A stretch of DNA of 59,652 nucleotides, counting the filler. It is 4 parts of 4 records of this genome, joined end to end, with 100 filler letters (N's around TTAATTAATTAA, not from the genome) between each part and the next. Parts side by side here need not be neighbours in the genome. Positions count along the whole stretch, not along the records: positions 1 to 21,214 come from SRR22947727_1941; 3 more parts are not named here. The stretch is one strand, 5' to 3'. Made by a program: the position numbers and the translations under genes. Positions 1 to 9,697 of the stretch are shown in pieces. The notes below the pieces were generated by a model. That model ran no database searches. It was not told where the DNA came from and worked only from the letters and a program-made list of their open reading frames with translations. The first letter of the stretch is position 1; the number at the start of each line of letters is the position of its first letter.

Positions 1-708
1 AATGTCACAAATCTCGTTTGACAACTCACGCCTACTGAGCTGCATGTCGTCTACAAGATTGTAGGTTCCAACAAGCTGGTTGCTGAAAGCAAAGCTCACT
101 CCATTAGTGATGTCAAAGATGCCGCTCCAAGCAGGGACATCATTGCCATTTTTGGGGATCTGTTCACCAGCCGCCTGTTTGATCATGGCAACCATGTCAC
201 GTCCTGGGCCATAAATACCACCTAGACGCAGTACACAGATTTTCGTATCAGGGCGATCAATTGTGAGCAAAACATTTTCTGCTTCAACCAACATCGCATT
301 CACAGGATTCAAAGAATCCACAGCCGATTCTTCAGAGACAAGCTCACCTTGCTGATCTCCGTACACTCCAGCAGAACTGATGTAAGTCACATGGAGAGGC
401 TCGGTGGACTGACGACAACGCAGAGCGCGGGCCAGATTGCGAATTCCACTTGAAAAAACGGATTGATATCCATCACCGTTTTGTGTTGGTGCCACGCTGA
501 TCAGCAAACCCTGCTGATCCTCAAGGAATGAAAAGTCGCAATCTTGCTGAGCAAGATCAAGGCTGATGGGTTCATTGACAACGTTGCGTAACTCAGCAAA
601 ACGTTGTGAGCTGCGGGTTGTGCCAACGACGTAATGGCCTTGGTTTTTCATGCTTGCTGCAACGAAGCTGCCGACGTAGCCACAGCCAATAACGGAATAG
701 GAAGACAT
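1..708 (-). CDS. NAD-dependent epimerase/dehydratase (extended SDR) family protein, 3'-truncated by the window edge
   Basis: Not in the ORF track because it has no stop in the window. Hand translation from ATG at 708 gives MSSYSVIGCGYVGSFVAASMKNQGHYVVGTTRS, a Rossmann GxGxxG, with later HVTYISSAGVYGD and LRLGGIYGPGR motifs. Confidence 0.85.
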   Translation of the reverse strand, partial: MSSYSVIGCGYVGSFVAASMKNQGHYVVGTTRSSQRFAELRNVVNEPISLDLAQQDCDFSFLEDQQGLLISVAPTQNGDGYQSVFSSGIRNLARALRCRQSTEPLHVTYISSAGVYGDQQGELVSEESAVDSLNPVNAMLVEAENVLLTIDRPDTKICVLRLGGIYGPGRDMVAMIKQAAGEQIPKNGNDVPAWSGIFDITNGVSFAFSNQLVGTYNLVDDMQLSRRELSNEICDI

Positions 709-912
709 CAGGGCAACGACGAGTCAATACCTTTTTACAACTCTTTACCCATCAAGCGTGGGTCGGTCGATACCGAATCAAGGATGTGGGAGGTTGCTGA
801 TGGGGCTTCATCAAATCTCCATCCCTGAATTGTGAACAGCCAGAAGCCCCACTAAGAGCGGCGTCGCCAGCCCTTATTTTTCCTAGCTTGTTGAAGCAAG
901 AAGGGGCGATCG

Positions 913-1632
913 ATGATCTGGGGTGCAGCTCTCAATAACCGCGATCGTCAACCGGAAGTGATGGATCAGCCTGGGCTCGATCCCAAGGAGCATGCAAAAG
1001 CACTCATGGGCTTGCGGCGCATCAATGCGATCAGCCGCTGTTCTGCAGGCCTGTTTCGTCCCATCGAAGCCCTAGCAATCACTCAGCCAGCTAAGCCACT
1101 TCGTGTTCTTGAACTTGCCTGCGGAGGAGGGGATACAGCCATCGACCTTGCTCTGATGGCCAAGCGAAAAGGTTTAGCGCTCGACATTCATGCCTGTGAT
1201 CTAAACCCTGAGGCCGTTGAGATTTCACGCACGAATGCGAAGAGGAGAGAAGCAGAAATCACTGTGTTTACTGCCGATGCATTAACAAAACCCATAGACC
1301 ACAGCACCTTTGACGTGGTGTATTGCACGCTATTTGCGCATCACCTAGACGAGCTTGACGTGGTCCGCCTTTTAGAGGTGATGGCATTGCGATCTCGGAA
1401 ACTCGTGCTCGTGGATGATTTAATTCGTAGCCGGATTGGCTTTGCACTGGCCTGGATGGGAACCCGTCTCTTAAGCCGTTCCTGGGTGGTTCATACCGAT
1501 GGTCCCCTCTCTGTACGCGCCGCCTTGCAACCCGATGAAATGATGAGCATCGCCAAGCAAGCAGGCATGAAAAATGCTCAGATCAAATGCTCATGGCCAG
1601 AGCGATACCTGTTGAACTGGGCCCATTCTTGA
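913..1632 (+). CDS. SAM-dependent methyltransferase of the type III PKS-associated family
   Basis: Class I SAM motif VLELACGGGD, D-L-N-P after strand 2, and LFAHHL. The N-terminal EVMDQP motif is typical of T3PKS-linked methyltransferases. Confidence 0.85.
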   Translation: MIWGAALNNRDRQPEVMDQPGLDPKEHAKALMGLRRINAISRCSAGLFRPIEALAITQPAKPLRVLELACGGGDTAIDLALMAKRKGLALDIHACDLNPEAVEISRTNAKRREAEITVFTADALTKPIDHSTFDVVYCTLFAHHLDELDVVRLLEVMALRSRKLVLVDDLIRSRIGFALAWMGTRLLSRSWVVHTDGPLSVRAALQPDEMMSIAKQAGMKNAQIKCSWPERYLLNWAHS

Positions 1633-1633
1633 G

Positions 1634-2794
1634 ATGCAAACGTTGTGGGATGTCCTGATCATTGGAGCTGGACCAGCTGGAGGTCTTGCTGCTCTGGATT
1701 GTGCCAAGCAAGGATTGCGCGTCATGCTTGTTGAGCAACGTTCGTTTCCCCGCTGGAAAGTCTGTGGATGCTGTTTTAACAACCAAGCTCAAGCGATTTT
1801 GAGTTCTCGAGGTGAAACCACCTTGTTTGAAGATTGCGGCGGACAAAGACTGGACAGCTTGCGCCTCGGACTGCGCGGTCGTGAAGCATCGTTGGCATTA
1901 CCGAATGGCTATGTCCTTTCTCGAGAACAATTCGATCAAGCCCTGATCAACGCAGCAATCAAAGCTGGAGCGTCAGCTCGCTTTCAGATGACTGCGCAAG
2001 TGGAAGAAGCGAGCCCTAACTACAGACGTGTGCGCCTTAAAGATCATCAAAGTGGGACTACCAGCCATGTCAACGCGCGCGTTGTGCTGGTCGCCGCAGG
2101 CCTTTCTCAGCGTTGTCTTCCCCAAAACGAAGCAGGGCAAAGCAGGATTCGCAAGCAATCCAGACACGGTGCCGGATGCGTCGTGGATGATGACACCGAT
2201 CACTACCCCAGTGGAGCCATTCACATGGCCATTGGAAATCAGGGCTATGTGGGATTGGTTCGCAGGGAAGACGGATTGCTGAATCTTGCGGGGGCCTTTG
2301 ATCGAGATGCACTCTCCCAAGGTCAAGGAGCTTTGGATGCAGCACAAAATGTTTTAAATCAGGCAGGATTTCCAGTGCCACCGGCACTCCAACAAGGGCA
2401 ACGCTGGCAACTCACTCCTGCTCTCAGCCGCACTTCCAATGTGGTGTCAGGGGATCGCTTTCTTGTGATGGGCGATGCCGCGGGATATGTCGAGCCTTTC
2501 ACTGGTGAAGGGATGGCCTGGGCCTTAACGGCAGGTGCTGCTGCAGCACCATTCGTACTGGAAGGCCTGGAACGGTGGACTGAAGACTTAGAAATGCGCT
2601 GGAAGGCAACGCTTCAGGTGCATATCGGCAGGAGACAAACTGTCTGTAGGGCCTTGTCCTCAGTCTTAAAACGTCAGGCCTCCACAACAGTTTTATTTGA
2701 ACTTGTGAAACGTTGGCCCTCTATAGCTGAATCGATCGTCTCCAGCCTGAACGAAGAAAAGCTGCCATCGCCCAAAGGTGAGCCATGCCTTTGA
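1634..2794 (+). CDS. FAD-dependent oxidoreductase/monooxygenase (geranylgeranyl reductase-like)
   Basis: IIGAGPAG dinucleotide motif, FPRWKVCG, and GDAAGYVEPFTGEGM. Confidence 0.85.
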   Translation: MQTLWDVLIIGAGPAGGLAALDCAKQGLRVMLVEQRSFPRWKVCGCCFNNQAQAILSSRGETTLFEDCGGQRLDSLRLGLRGREASLALPNGYVLSREQFDQALINAAIKAGASARFQMTAQVEEASPNYRRVRLKDHQSGTTSHVNARVVLVAAGLSQRCLPQNEAGQSRIRKQSRHGAGCVVDDDTDHYPSGAIHMAIGNQGYVGLVRREDGLLNLAGAFDRDALSQGQGALDAAQNVLNQAGFPVPPALQQGQRWQLTPALSRTSNVVSGDRFLVMGDAAGYVEPFTGEGMAWALTAGAAAAPFVLEGLERWTEDLEMRWKATLQVHIGRRQTVCRALSSVLKRQASTTVLFELVKRWPSIAESIVSSLNEEKLPSPKGEPCL

Positions 2795-3879
2795 TGTTTC
2801 GTGGTCTAGGAACCGCAGTACCCGAACAGAGCGTCAATCAAACAGAGTCCACAACACTGTCTGAGTGGGTGAGTGCAGATCGTCCCGAACGCGCCTCGCT
2901 CGTACGCCGCATTCAGAGACGGTCGCAAGTCCAAACCAGGGGCAGTGTTTTATTAACTGGCGATGCAACCCAAACGATCCATCAACGTTTGCCGTTTTAT
3001 GGGGTTAATAGCCCAAGGACAGAAGAACGAATGGAAGCGTATCGCCTAAACGCTTCCTTGTTGGCACTCAAAGCATGTAAACGTGCACTCGCAGAATCAC
3101 AACTCTCTGCTGGTGTAATCACACATCTAATCACGATCAGCTGTACAGGGTTTCATGCTCCTGGCGTTGATTGTGATCTCATCGATCAACTTCAGTTGTC
3201 TCCCAATGTCCAACGCACACATATTGGATTTATGGGGTGTCATGCGGCATTGAATGGTTTACGCGTTGCCCGCGCCTTTGTAGAAGCTGATCCAAAAGCT
3301 GTTGTTCTCCTATGCGCTGTGGAATTGTGCAGTGTTCATTTGCAATACGGCTGGAATCCTGAACATGTCGTGGCCAATACGTTATTTGCAGATGGTGCTG
3401 CTGCTTTGGTCGCTACTCATGCTGAGACATCCAACCCGAAATCAACGTCAGGAAAGGTAGCCCTGCAGGCCTCTGGATCCACAGTGATTCCAAAGACCCA
3501 TGATTTAATGCATTGGCAAATTGGCGATCACGGATTCTCCATGGGCTTATCCCCCAAAGTGCCCGAAGCGATTTCCACATCATTAGAACCATGGCTGAAC
3601 GATTGGCTTCATGCCAGTGGAACGGATCTCAATAGCATCCAACATTGGGCCATTCACCCTGGAGGGCCAAGAATTCTTCAAGCGTGTGCTGAGTCATTGT
3701 CACTTAGTGACGATCAACTTGCTCACTCAAGAGAGATTCTAAGTCAGCATGGAAATATGTCGTCAGCAACAATATTGTTTGTTCTTGATCAGATGCGACA
3801 ACATGATTGTCATGGACCATGTGTCGCGCTTGCGTTTGGCCCAGGCTTATGCGCGGAGGTTGCCTTGATCACCCTATAA
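2785..3879 (+). CDS. Type III polyketide synthase (chalcone/stilbene synthase family)
   Basis: Catalytic triad motifs GFMGCHAA (Cys), IHPGGPRIL (His) and HGNMSSATI (Asn), plus LFADGAAA and AFGPGL. Overlaps the upstream gene by 10 nt. Confidence 0.95.
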   Translation: MPLMFRGLGTAVPEQSVNQTESTTLSEWVSADRPERASLVRRIQRRSQVQTRGSVLLTGDATQTIHQRLPFYGVNSPRTEERMEAYRLNASLLALKACKRALAESQLSAGVITHLITISCTGFHAPGVDCDLIDQLQLSPNVQRTHIGFMGCHAALNGLRVARAFVEADPKAVVLLCAVELCSVHLQYGWNPEHVVANTLFADGAAALVATHAETSNPKSTSGKVALQASGSTVIPKTHDLMHWQIGDHGFSMGLSPKVPEAISTSLEPWLNDWLHASGTDLNSIQHWAIHPGGPRILQACAESLSLSDDQLAHSREILSQHGNMSSATILFVLDQMRQHDCHGPCVALAFGPGLCAEVALITL

Positions 3880-3978
3880 AATCATTAAAAGGATCTGCAT
3901 AGTCGCACCTTTTAATGATCACGATTCCAGTGGAAGCCTCCCGCTTATTATCATTAGCTTGTTGTTGAGCAGATAGAG

Positions 3979-4473
3979 ATGAAACGGTTTTATTCAGCAG
4001 TTGTGATGGCGCTATTTTTTGCCATCCTGCCTCTTTCGGTGGAGGCACAGCAAACAGCAGTTGCTGTGGAGCCATCAATGAATTCTGAGTCCCTTCCTGA
4101 CATTGCCATTTATCGCTCTGAGAGCTGTGGGTGCTGCACAAAATGGGGAGAACACGTAGAAACAGCAGGCTTCAGAATCCAAGACAAGGTGGTCGAGAAT
4201 ATGGAGACTTTCAAACAAGCCAATGGCATTACCCCGGAGTTGTCGTCTTGCCACACAGCGGTTGTTGATGGCTATGTCGTAGAGGGCCACGTTCCGGCAG
4301 CATCCATCAAAAAAATGTTGCAGCAACGACCAGATATTAGAGGCCTAGCAGCACCTGGAATGCCGATGGGATCTCCTGGAATGGAAACAGCGGGTGTTCA
4401 AGCTGAAGCATTTGATGTGCTTGCCATTGCACACGACGGCACGACCACTGTCTTTGATCAGATCAGGCCTTAG
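3979..4473 (+). CDS. DUF411/CopG-like periplasmic metal-binding protein
   Basis: Signal peptide, CGCC-x2-W, SCHTA, VEGHVP and PGMPMGSPGM motifs. Confidence 0.85.
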   Translation: MKRFYSAVVMALFFAILPLSVEAQQTAVAVEPSMNSESLPDIAIYRSESCGCCTKWGEHVETAGFRIQDKVVENMETFKQANGITPELSSCHTAVVDGYVVEGHVPAASIKKMLQQRPDIRGLAAPGMPMGSPGMETAGVQAEAFDVLAIAHDGTTTVFDQIRP

Positions 4474-4713
4474 TTATCGTTTGCTTATATGTTGGAAGAC
4501 TCTCTCAGAATCGGTCGTAAGGGTTAAGACCTTTCGCACCTCCTTCCTCGCTTAGCTGACGATCGTGCGAAAACCCATTACATCAACACCTTGGCTAAAA
4601 AAAAGAATATTGGTCAGGACACAATCATGACCAATGAAAAGCAGTTAAATTTAATTTAGCTCTGCCAGGAGACTCATCAAAAGGTTATGTCACACTCTAA
4701 TTAAAACCAAGAC

Positions 4714-5079
4714 CTAGTCAGATTTATTAGACGACCGCATCAAGTTCCTCTCTCTATTAAACATGAAAAGTCCGAACGAAAATGCAAAAGAGATACCAAA
4801 AGTAGCAACAAAGTAAAGATACCAATACTTCATTTTCAGTCTCAATGCCTCGGCAATGATGAATGCAAAAGCAGCAATCAAAACAAGAGTCAAATCAGCA
4901 GCAATAAAACCGGCGGAAGCGTTAGCCCAGACGCCCTGAGAAAATAGGTCGACAATCTCCAGCGGATCAGTCAGGCCTAGAGCTTCAGTTTCTTGGATAA
5001 ACTGATAGATGCAATACCAAGGCCAGACAATCCCTCCGAAGGCTGTGGCGGCATAAATGGTCAGGCGCAGCTTTGCCAT
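4714..5079 (-). CDS. DUF2834-like small membrane protein
   Basis: Several hydrophobic segments with WANASAGFIAADL and GISFAFSFGLFMFNRER, which match my recollection of DUF2834. Confidence 0.65.
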   Translation of the reverse strand: MAKLRLTIYAATAFGGIVWPWYCIYQFIQETEALGLTDPLEIVDLFSQGVWANASAGFIAADLTLVLIAAFAFIIAEALRLKMKYWYLYFVATFGISFAFSFGLFMFNRERNLMRSSNKSD

Positions 5080-5359
5080 AACGAAAAAGAGGTAAACCCT
5101 AATATCTCACATGAAAAGCAGGGCATAAGTACAAACGCTACAGAATGGCCTACCAATAATCCAACAATCGTTCAGAAATTTCAGCATTGAGGTTCGTTTG
5201 CGAACATCAATAAAATTCCAGACAATCCTGAGAAGCAAAAACGAAGTTAGAGATACTTAAAAAACTGCTACCTATCATCGATTAAAAGCACTTTTAGAAA
5301 TCCCGAAAACAAAAAGAGACAAGGACAATCACCCATGAGAATACGCACTGGTCTGAATT

Positions 5360-6769
5360 TCACAATCCAACAAGGATAGAATCTCTGGGAACCGGTACAA
5401 CATTGAAACGGTAGGAATCCCTAGGGATTCGAATAGGCACAAGTGTGTATGGAATCGACTCAGCCTGGTCTGAATCAGCCTCCCAATGCTGAATTGTTTG
5501 CATCCAACGCACCAAAAAAACTCTCACACTGAGCTCAGCTAATGGCAAGCCAGGACAACCATGTTTACCAATCCCTCCTGGGAACCAACCTTCCTTGGGA
5601 AGCCGAAGGGCACTCCCTGCAAAAGGGCATCTAGGCCCTTGTTTGAGGTTGCCGTTGAGATCAAAGTCGCTCATCCACCGTTCAGGCGCAAACGACTGAG
5701 GCTCTGGAAACAATGCAGACATTGCGTTTCCGATTCGCGGGTCAGCCGTCACAACGGTGCCCGCTGGGATGCGGTATCCAGAAACCTCAATATCTTCAGA
5801 GGTAATCCGGAAACCGCCTCCAGCCGGAGGTAGTAATCGAAGTGATTCACGCAGCACTCCTTGTACGAAGGGAAGGTCCCATGCAGCGAGATGAGCTGGT
5901 GTATCTGGAGACTCCAGATTGTGATTCCTTGCCTCCTCGAGGACCTGATCTCTCACATCAAGACGATGTTTGGTTTGGATTAAACAACTAGCCATCAAGG
6001 AGGCAACTTCGATATAGGCCCCCCACACCATCAAGACGGTTGCGGTCGCAATGCGTTCATCACTCCACGGTTGTCCATGTTCATCGTGATTGTCAGTAAA
6101 AATCCGGAAGCAAGCTCCGTCCAGTTCACCGCGTCGATATTTGCCCAAGCGCACTTGCATGCTCTGCTGGAGCGCAGCTAGTGCCTTCTCTCCCTTCCGA
6201 AACGAAGGAAGCTGCTTACTAAGACTTAGAAGTGCATCGTTGTAAGAGATAAAAGCTTCGATCTCATCCTTCGTCAACGATTCACCAGCAAAGAGTTCTG
6301 AATAGAGATTGAGACAAAGATGCTTCGCATCGAGCGCGATACACGTACTCCCGTGTTGAGCGATGCTTGATGTGAACTGCACCATGCAGCGATTGATCAG
6401 TGGTAAGTAAGACTCAAGATTGGTTGGACTGAAGAGAGCGGAATAGCCACGTCGCGTGGACCGATGTTTCTCACCAGCCTGATTTAAAGCACCGTCTGCT
6501 GTGTGTAAGGCGGTAAAGGCGGCTGGTAACGCGCTTTCACTAATGCTGCGCTCAAGGCGGATGAACTGCTCAACCGCATCTGGACCACCAACAACGGCCG
6601 TAGGACGAAAGAAGAGGGTTGTGCCGAAAACTGGTCCAAACTGTTGGTGACGTTCTGCGATGAAACCGTCAGGATCCCGCAGGTAAGCGATGGATTCGCG
6701 CACCCCAATGAACAGACCCGTTCTGCAAGGAAGAGGACGCAAGCTATTGGTGGTGCTCATTGGCGTCAA
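5360..6769 (-). CDS. Cytochrome P450, non-canonical I-helix (start TTG 6769 or ATG 6760)
   Basis: ExxR (RESLR), PERW and a heme-thiolate loop FPGGIGKHGCPG. The I-helix reads VWGAYIEVAS instead of AGxET. TTG start overlaps the upstream TGA. Confidence 0.85.
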   Translation of the reverse strand: MTPMSTTNSLRPLPCRTGLFIGVRESIAYLRDPDGFIAERHQQFGPVFGTTLFFRPTAVVGGPDAVEQFIRLERSISESALPAAFTALHTADGALNQAGEKHRSTRRGYSALFSPTNLESYLPLINRCMVQFTSSIAQHGSTCIALDAKHLCLNLYSELFAGESLTKDEIEAFISYNDALLSLSKQLPSFRKGEKALAALQQSMQVRLGKYRRGELDGACFRIFTDNHDEHGQPWSDERIATATVLMVWGAYIEVASLMASCLIQTKHRLDVRDQVLEEARNHNLESPDTPAHLAAWDLPFVQGVLRESLRLLPPAGGGFRITSEDIEVSGYRIPAGTVVTADPRIGNAMSALFPEPQSFAPERWMSDFDLNGNLKQGPRCPFAGSALRLPKEGWFPGGIGKHGCPGLPLAELSVRVFLVRWMQTIQHWEADSDQAESIPYTLVPIRIPRDSYRFNVVPVPRDSILVGL

Positions 6770-7302
6770 TGACTGGCCTGAGACTCATCAGTAGCAGATC
6801 GTTTGTAGCTCGGTGAGCTGAGGGATGGGTCCAACATCAACGTGATCGGAGCTGTGAGCGCCTGAAAGTTGTGATCGGTGAGGTTGGTATCACCCAACTC
6901 CAGGTTGTAAAACAGAGCAGAGGGCGCATGAAAAAAGGGCCCAGCATGCCATGTGCCCTGATGGAGCTTCACAGCTTCGCCCGGGTGGACTTGAACCAAT
7001 TGCACAGATGCAGCACAAAGCTCCTCGGGAAGCAGCTCTGGAGCGGCGACAGCCAACCACCAAGGCTGGGCGTCGGCAGAACCTAAACACTGCGTAGCCC
7101 GCTGATGGCGGGTCATGCTTGCCAGCACCGCCGGCCGATGGCGAAGGCGCATCACGTAGTAGCGCAGGTCAGCTCCGTCAAATTTGAGATGGGCATCAAC
7201 GTCGCTATGGGGCGTCATGTCATCCACGGGAATAATCGCAGTGCCAAACCGCTCAAACCTGCAGTTCTGCAAGGGAAGGGAGGTCAGTGTCGCTGCAGTC
7301 AT
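6766..7302 (-). CDS. Ureidoglycolate lyase-like cupin protein
   Basis: MTRHQRATQCLG and KLHQGTWHAGP motifs of the cyanobacterial ureidoglycolate lyase-like family. Confidence 0.75.
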   Translation of the reverse strand: MTAATLTSLPLQNCRFERFGTAIIPVDDMTPHSDVDAHLKFDGADLRYYVMRLRHRPAVLASMTRHQRATQCLGSADAQPWWLAVAAPELLPEELCAASVQLVQVHPGEAVKLHQGTWHAGPFFHAPSALFYNLELGDTNLTDHNFQALTAPITLMLDPSLSSPSYKRSATDESQASH

Positions 7303-7686
7303 GACGCAATGATCTCTTGGTATCAGCTCTAGCTCATCGCGTCACGATATTGATGCTTACGATCCGCCAACTGAAAAGAGCTGTAGTCAGCTAAACAGAA
7401 GAAAAACAAAAAATTGACTGGTCAAAAAATCTAATAGAGCCTGCGAAAAGGCTGTTCACGAGGAGAGATCTGATCTGTCATGAAACAGAAACTTTTGCAA
7501 GCTTCTTAGAAGTTACACTACATAAATTGCCCTTAAGAAACCTCGTGTGGACCACAAGATCCAAGGCGTGATCGCAAAGTCGGCAGCCCTAAAGGATTTG
7601 TCAGACATTCCGAATAAAATAATTCCGAAATATCAGGGCATTGCCGGTGTTGATGCATTAAGAATGAGAGATCTGATCGGTTCCAA

Positions 7687-8067
7687 GTGACCACAAAGCA
7701 AGAAGCCCATACCATTATCAAGGGTTGCCTTGAGACCAACACTGCGTGGGTAGAAACCTTTAATGAGCTTGGTTGCGTGCTGGCATTCGACCTCGACCCG
7801 ATGCTTGAAGGGACCGTGACGGTGGATTTCATCGTTAAAGATCTCTGGGACAAAGGAATAAGAGCCACTCAAGACGAAGTTGTTAAAAGTATTTGCAGCT
7901 ATGCCATAGAAAATAATTACGTATGGTCCATAGAAACTATTTTTGATAACTACGATTACACAGCCAGAACTCTAGAAAACCTCGGCGAAGACAGCAAAGC
8001 ATTATTGACTGATATGGCTGATGATTCAGGCAATGAAGCTTTTAAATCAATGGCTAAAGCTGGATAA
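7687..8067 (+). CDS. Hypothetical acidic protein
   Basis: 126-aa ORF with protein-like composition, flanked by AT-rich intergenic DNA. No family recognised. Confidence 0.55.
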   Translation: MTTKQEAHTIIKGCLETNTAWVETFNELGCVLAFDLDPMLEGTVTVDFIVKDLWDKGIRATQDEVVKSICSYAIENNYVWSIETIFDNYDYTARTLENLGEDSKALLTDMADDSGNEAFKSMAKAG

Positions 8068-8484
8068 TAGATAACAAACCGAGAATAGCAAGACCAGCTT
8101 TGATTAGATTTAAGGCAAATCAACAGTAGCACTGTTTAAATTAGTTTGAGTGGTGAGTTGTAAATAGAAAGCACTTTTAGCACCTAATCCTTGCAAATAC
8201 TTTTACCAATAATTTCAGTATAGATTTGCATATAGACTTACAACAAGTCATCCCATTAACTCTTTCAGCTTGATTGCAAATAGCGATGCCTTTTGTAGTG
8301 CATGAGGAGCGTAAATCATTTTACTAGAAATGAAACCATGAACCGCGAGCTGTCGCTCAATGCTTGGAAGTCATGGAATGAAGAGCCACACGGTTGATCT
8401 TTCCCACAGAATTAAGAGGAAGAGAGGGAAGTAGCTGCAGAACTTCTGGAACCTTATACCCAACCCGCTCACGGGCAAAAGTAA

Positions 8485-9312
8485 TCAGTTCTGGAACTGT
8501 GGGCAGATCAAATCCAGATTTAAAGGACACAGTTGAAGGTCTTGTTGTTGCTGACGCAGCTGTGCCTGCTGCATTTCAAGCACGTCATCAGCGAGTAAGC
8601 AGTCGTTGATCGTGCTCTGGATAGCGGCGTGATCCAGAGCTTTGCCCTGAACTACTAAATGAGAGATGTGATTGGGCCGGGAGGTGAGTGGCTCAACGGC
8701 TTCCAGGGGAAGAAACTGAGAACTCTCTTGGCTCACCATCTAATTGCAGAAAAATGAACGGCCATCAGGCAAGTTCATGAGTGCTTTGGCGCGATACACA
8801 TCGCCATAGGCACCATTCACAAGCTCAAACCAAAAACTGCTGAGGCTGTTCGGGTCCCAAACACAGCCGTGAAGAGTGAGATGCCAGGCCTCGAGCTGGG
8901 TGAAGTTCAGCGTGTGGTGCTTGGGTAACTCAGGGTCGCGACCAAACAGCAAGATTCGATCGGGTTTGAGTTGGAAGCTGGTTAACTGCTTGAGAACGTG
9001 AAGGTCGATTCCACCGGCGTTACTTTGATCTGGAGGCTGAAACTGTTGAACCTCAATCAACACCAAGCAGTCCTGGGAAGGCAACGCTGTTTTTGAAGCT
9101 GAAGTTGAAATGGAAAGATCTTGCAGCTTGGGAACCTGATCCATCAACCAAGCGCAATCGATCCCTGCGTTATGGCCCTGTTCCAACCCCTCATCACTGG
9201 GACCATCGAGCCGCAGGTAGGCGCATTCACCTCCATGCTTAAGCAAGGTCTCAAGAATCCAGGTCGTTTTTCCGCAGCCGGGTGGGCCAGTGATTAACCA
9301 GGTCTGCTGCAT
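8485..9312 (-). pseudogene. CobW/COG0523-like P-loop GTP-binding metallochaperone interrupted by an in-frame TAG at 8740-8742
   Basis: ORFs 8740-9312 and 8485-8739 are in frame and abut exactly (RSFFCN*MVSQ). N-terminal LITGPPGCGKTT, plus a CobW-C-like GAYGDVYRAKALM...SHLVVQGKALD region spanning the stop. Confidence 0.7.
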
Positions 9313-9356
9313 CGTTCAGGACTTGAGGACAGCTCCACCCACGCAGACATCGCATA

Positions 9357-9375
9357 AATGGGAATCATTCTCATT
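9357..9375. promoter_or_regulatory. Fur-family (Fur/Zur) operator box
   Basis: AATGGGAAT-C-ATTCTCATT is a 9-1-9 inverted repeat with one mismatch, about 45 bp upstream of the CobW-like gene. Confidence 0.65.
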
Positions 9376-9454
9376 ATGTCCGATCAAATGTCACTTGCGT
9401 CTGTACAAAGTGTTGAAATCCACGAGGTTGATGCAACACGATGCGTGATTAAGG

Positions 9455-9697
9455 ATGAATGGGAGTCCATCGATGGGTCTGCAACTGCAATCCGCTGAGT
9501 TCCTCCATGAGGACGGCATCACCTACTGCATCCGCCGCGACACGCTGGAGCAGGACTTCACTATTTATGAAAAGCGCGATGGCCAATGGCTCGATTGCGG
9601 AATCGATCAGGCGGTGAAAGATCTGAACTTTGCTGAGTTCAAGCGCCTTGGCTTGCTGAGCAAAAAGATCATGGATGCCGATCAGTGGTTGGCATAG
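9455..9697 (+). CDS. Small hypothetical protein (start could be ATG 9473)
   Basis: 80-aa ORF with protein-like composition. Its 3' end overlaps the convergent P450. Confidence 0.55.
   Translation: MNGSPSMGLQLQSAEFLHEDGITYCIRRDTLEQDFTIYEKRDGQWLDCGIDQAVKDLNFAEFKRLGLLSKKIMDADQWLA

Noticed and set aside
4521-4580. TTTCGCAC/GTGCGAAA stem enclosing CACCTCCTT (anti-Shine-Dalgarno-like), possible sRNA
   Set aside because: Short stem, no clear promoter or terminator, and no recognisable sRNA family. It may be a coding relic.
5285-8180. 13-bp direct repeat AAAGCACTTTTAG (5285-5297 and 8168-8180) bracketing the atypical P450, cupin and orphan gene
   Set aside because: A few 13-mer matches are expected by chance in 21 kb, more so in AT-rich DNA. 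No integrase or other boundary evidence.
8740-8742. In-frame TAG as possible pyrrolysine or recoded stop
   Set aside because: TAG is used as a normal stop elsewhere in this contig and there is no pyl context. A TGG-to-TAG change is simpler.
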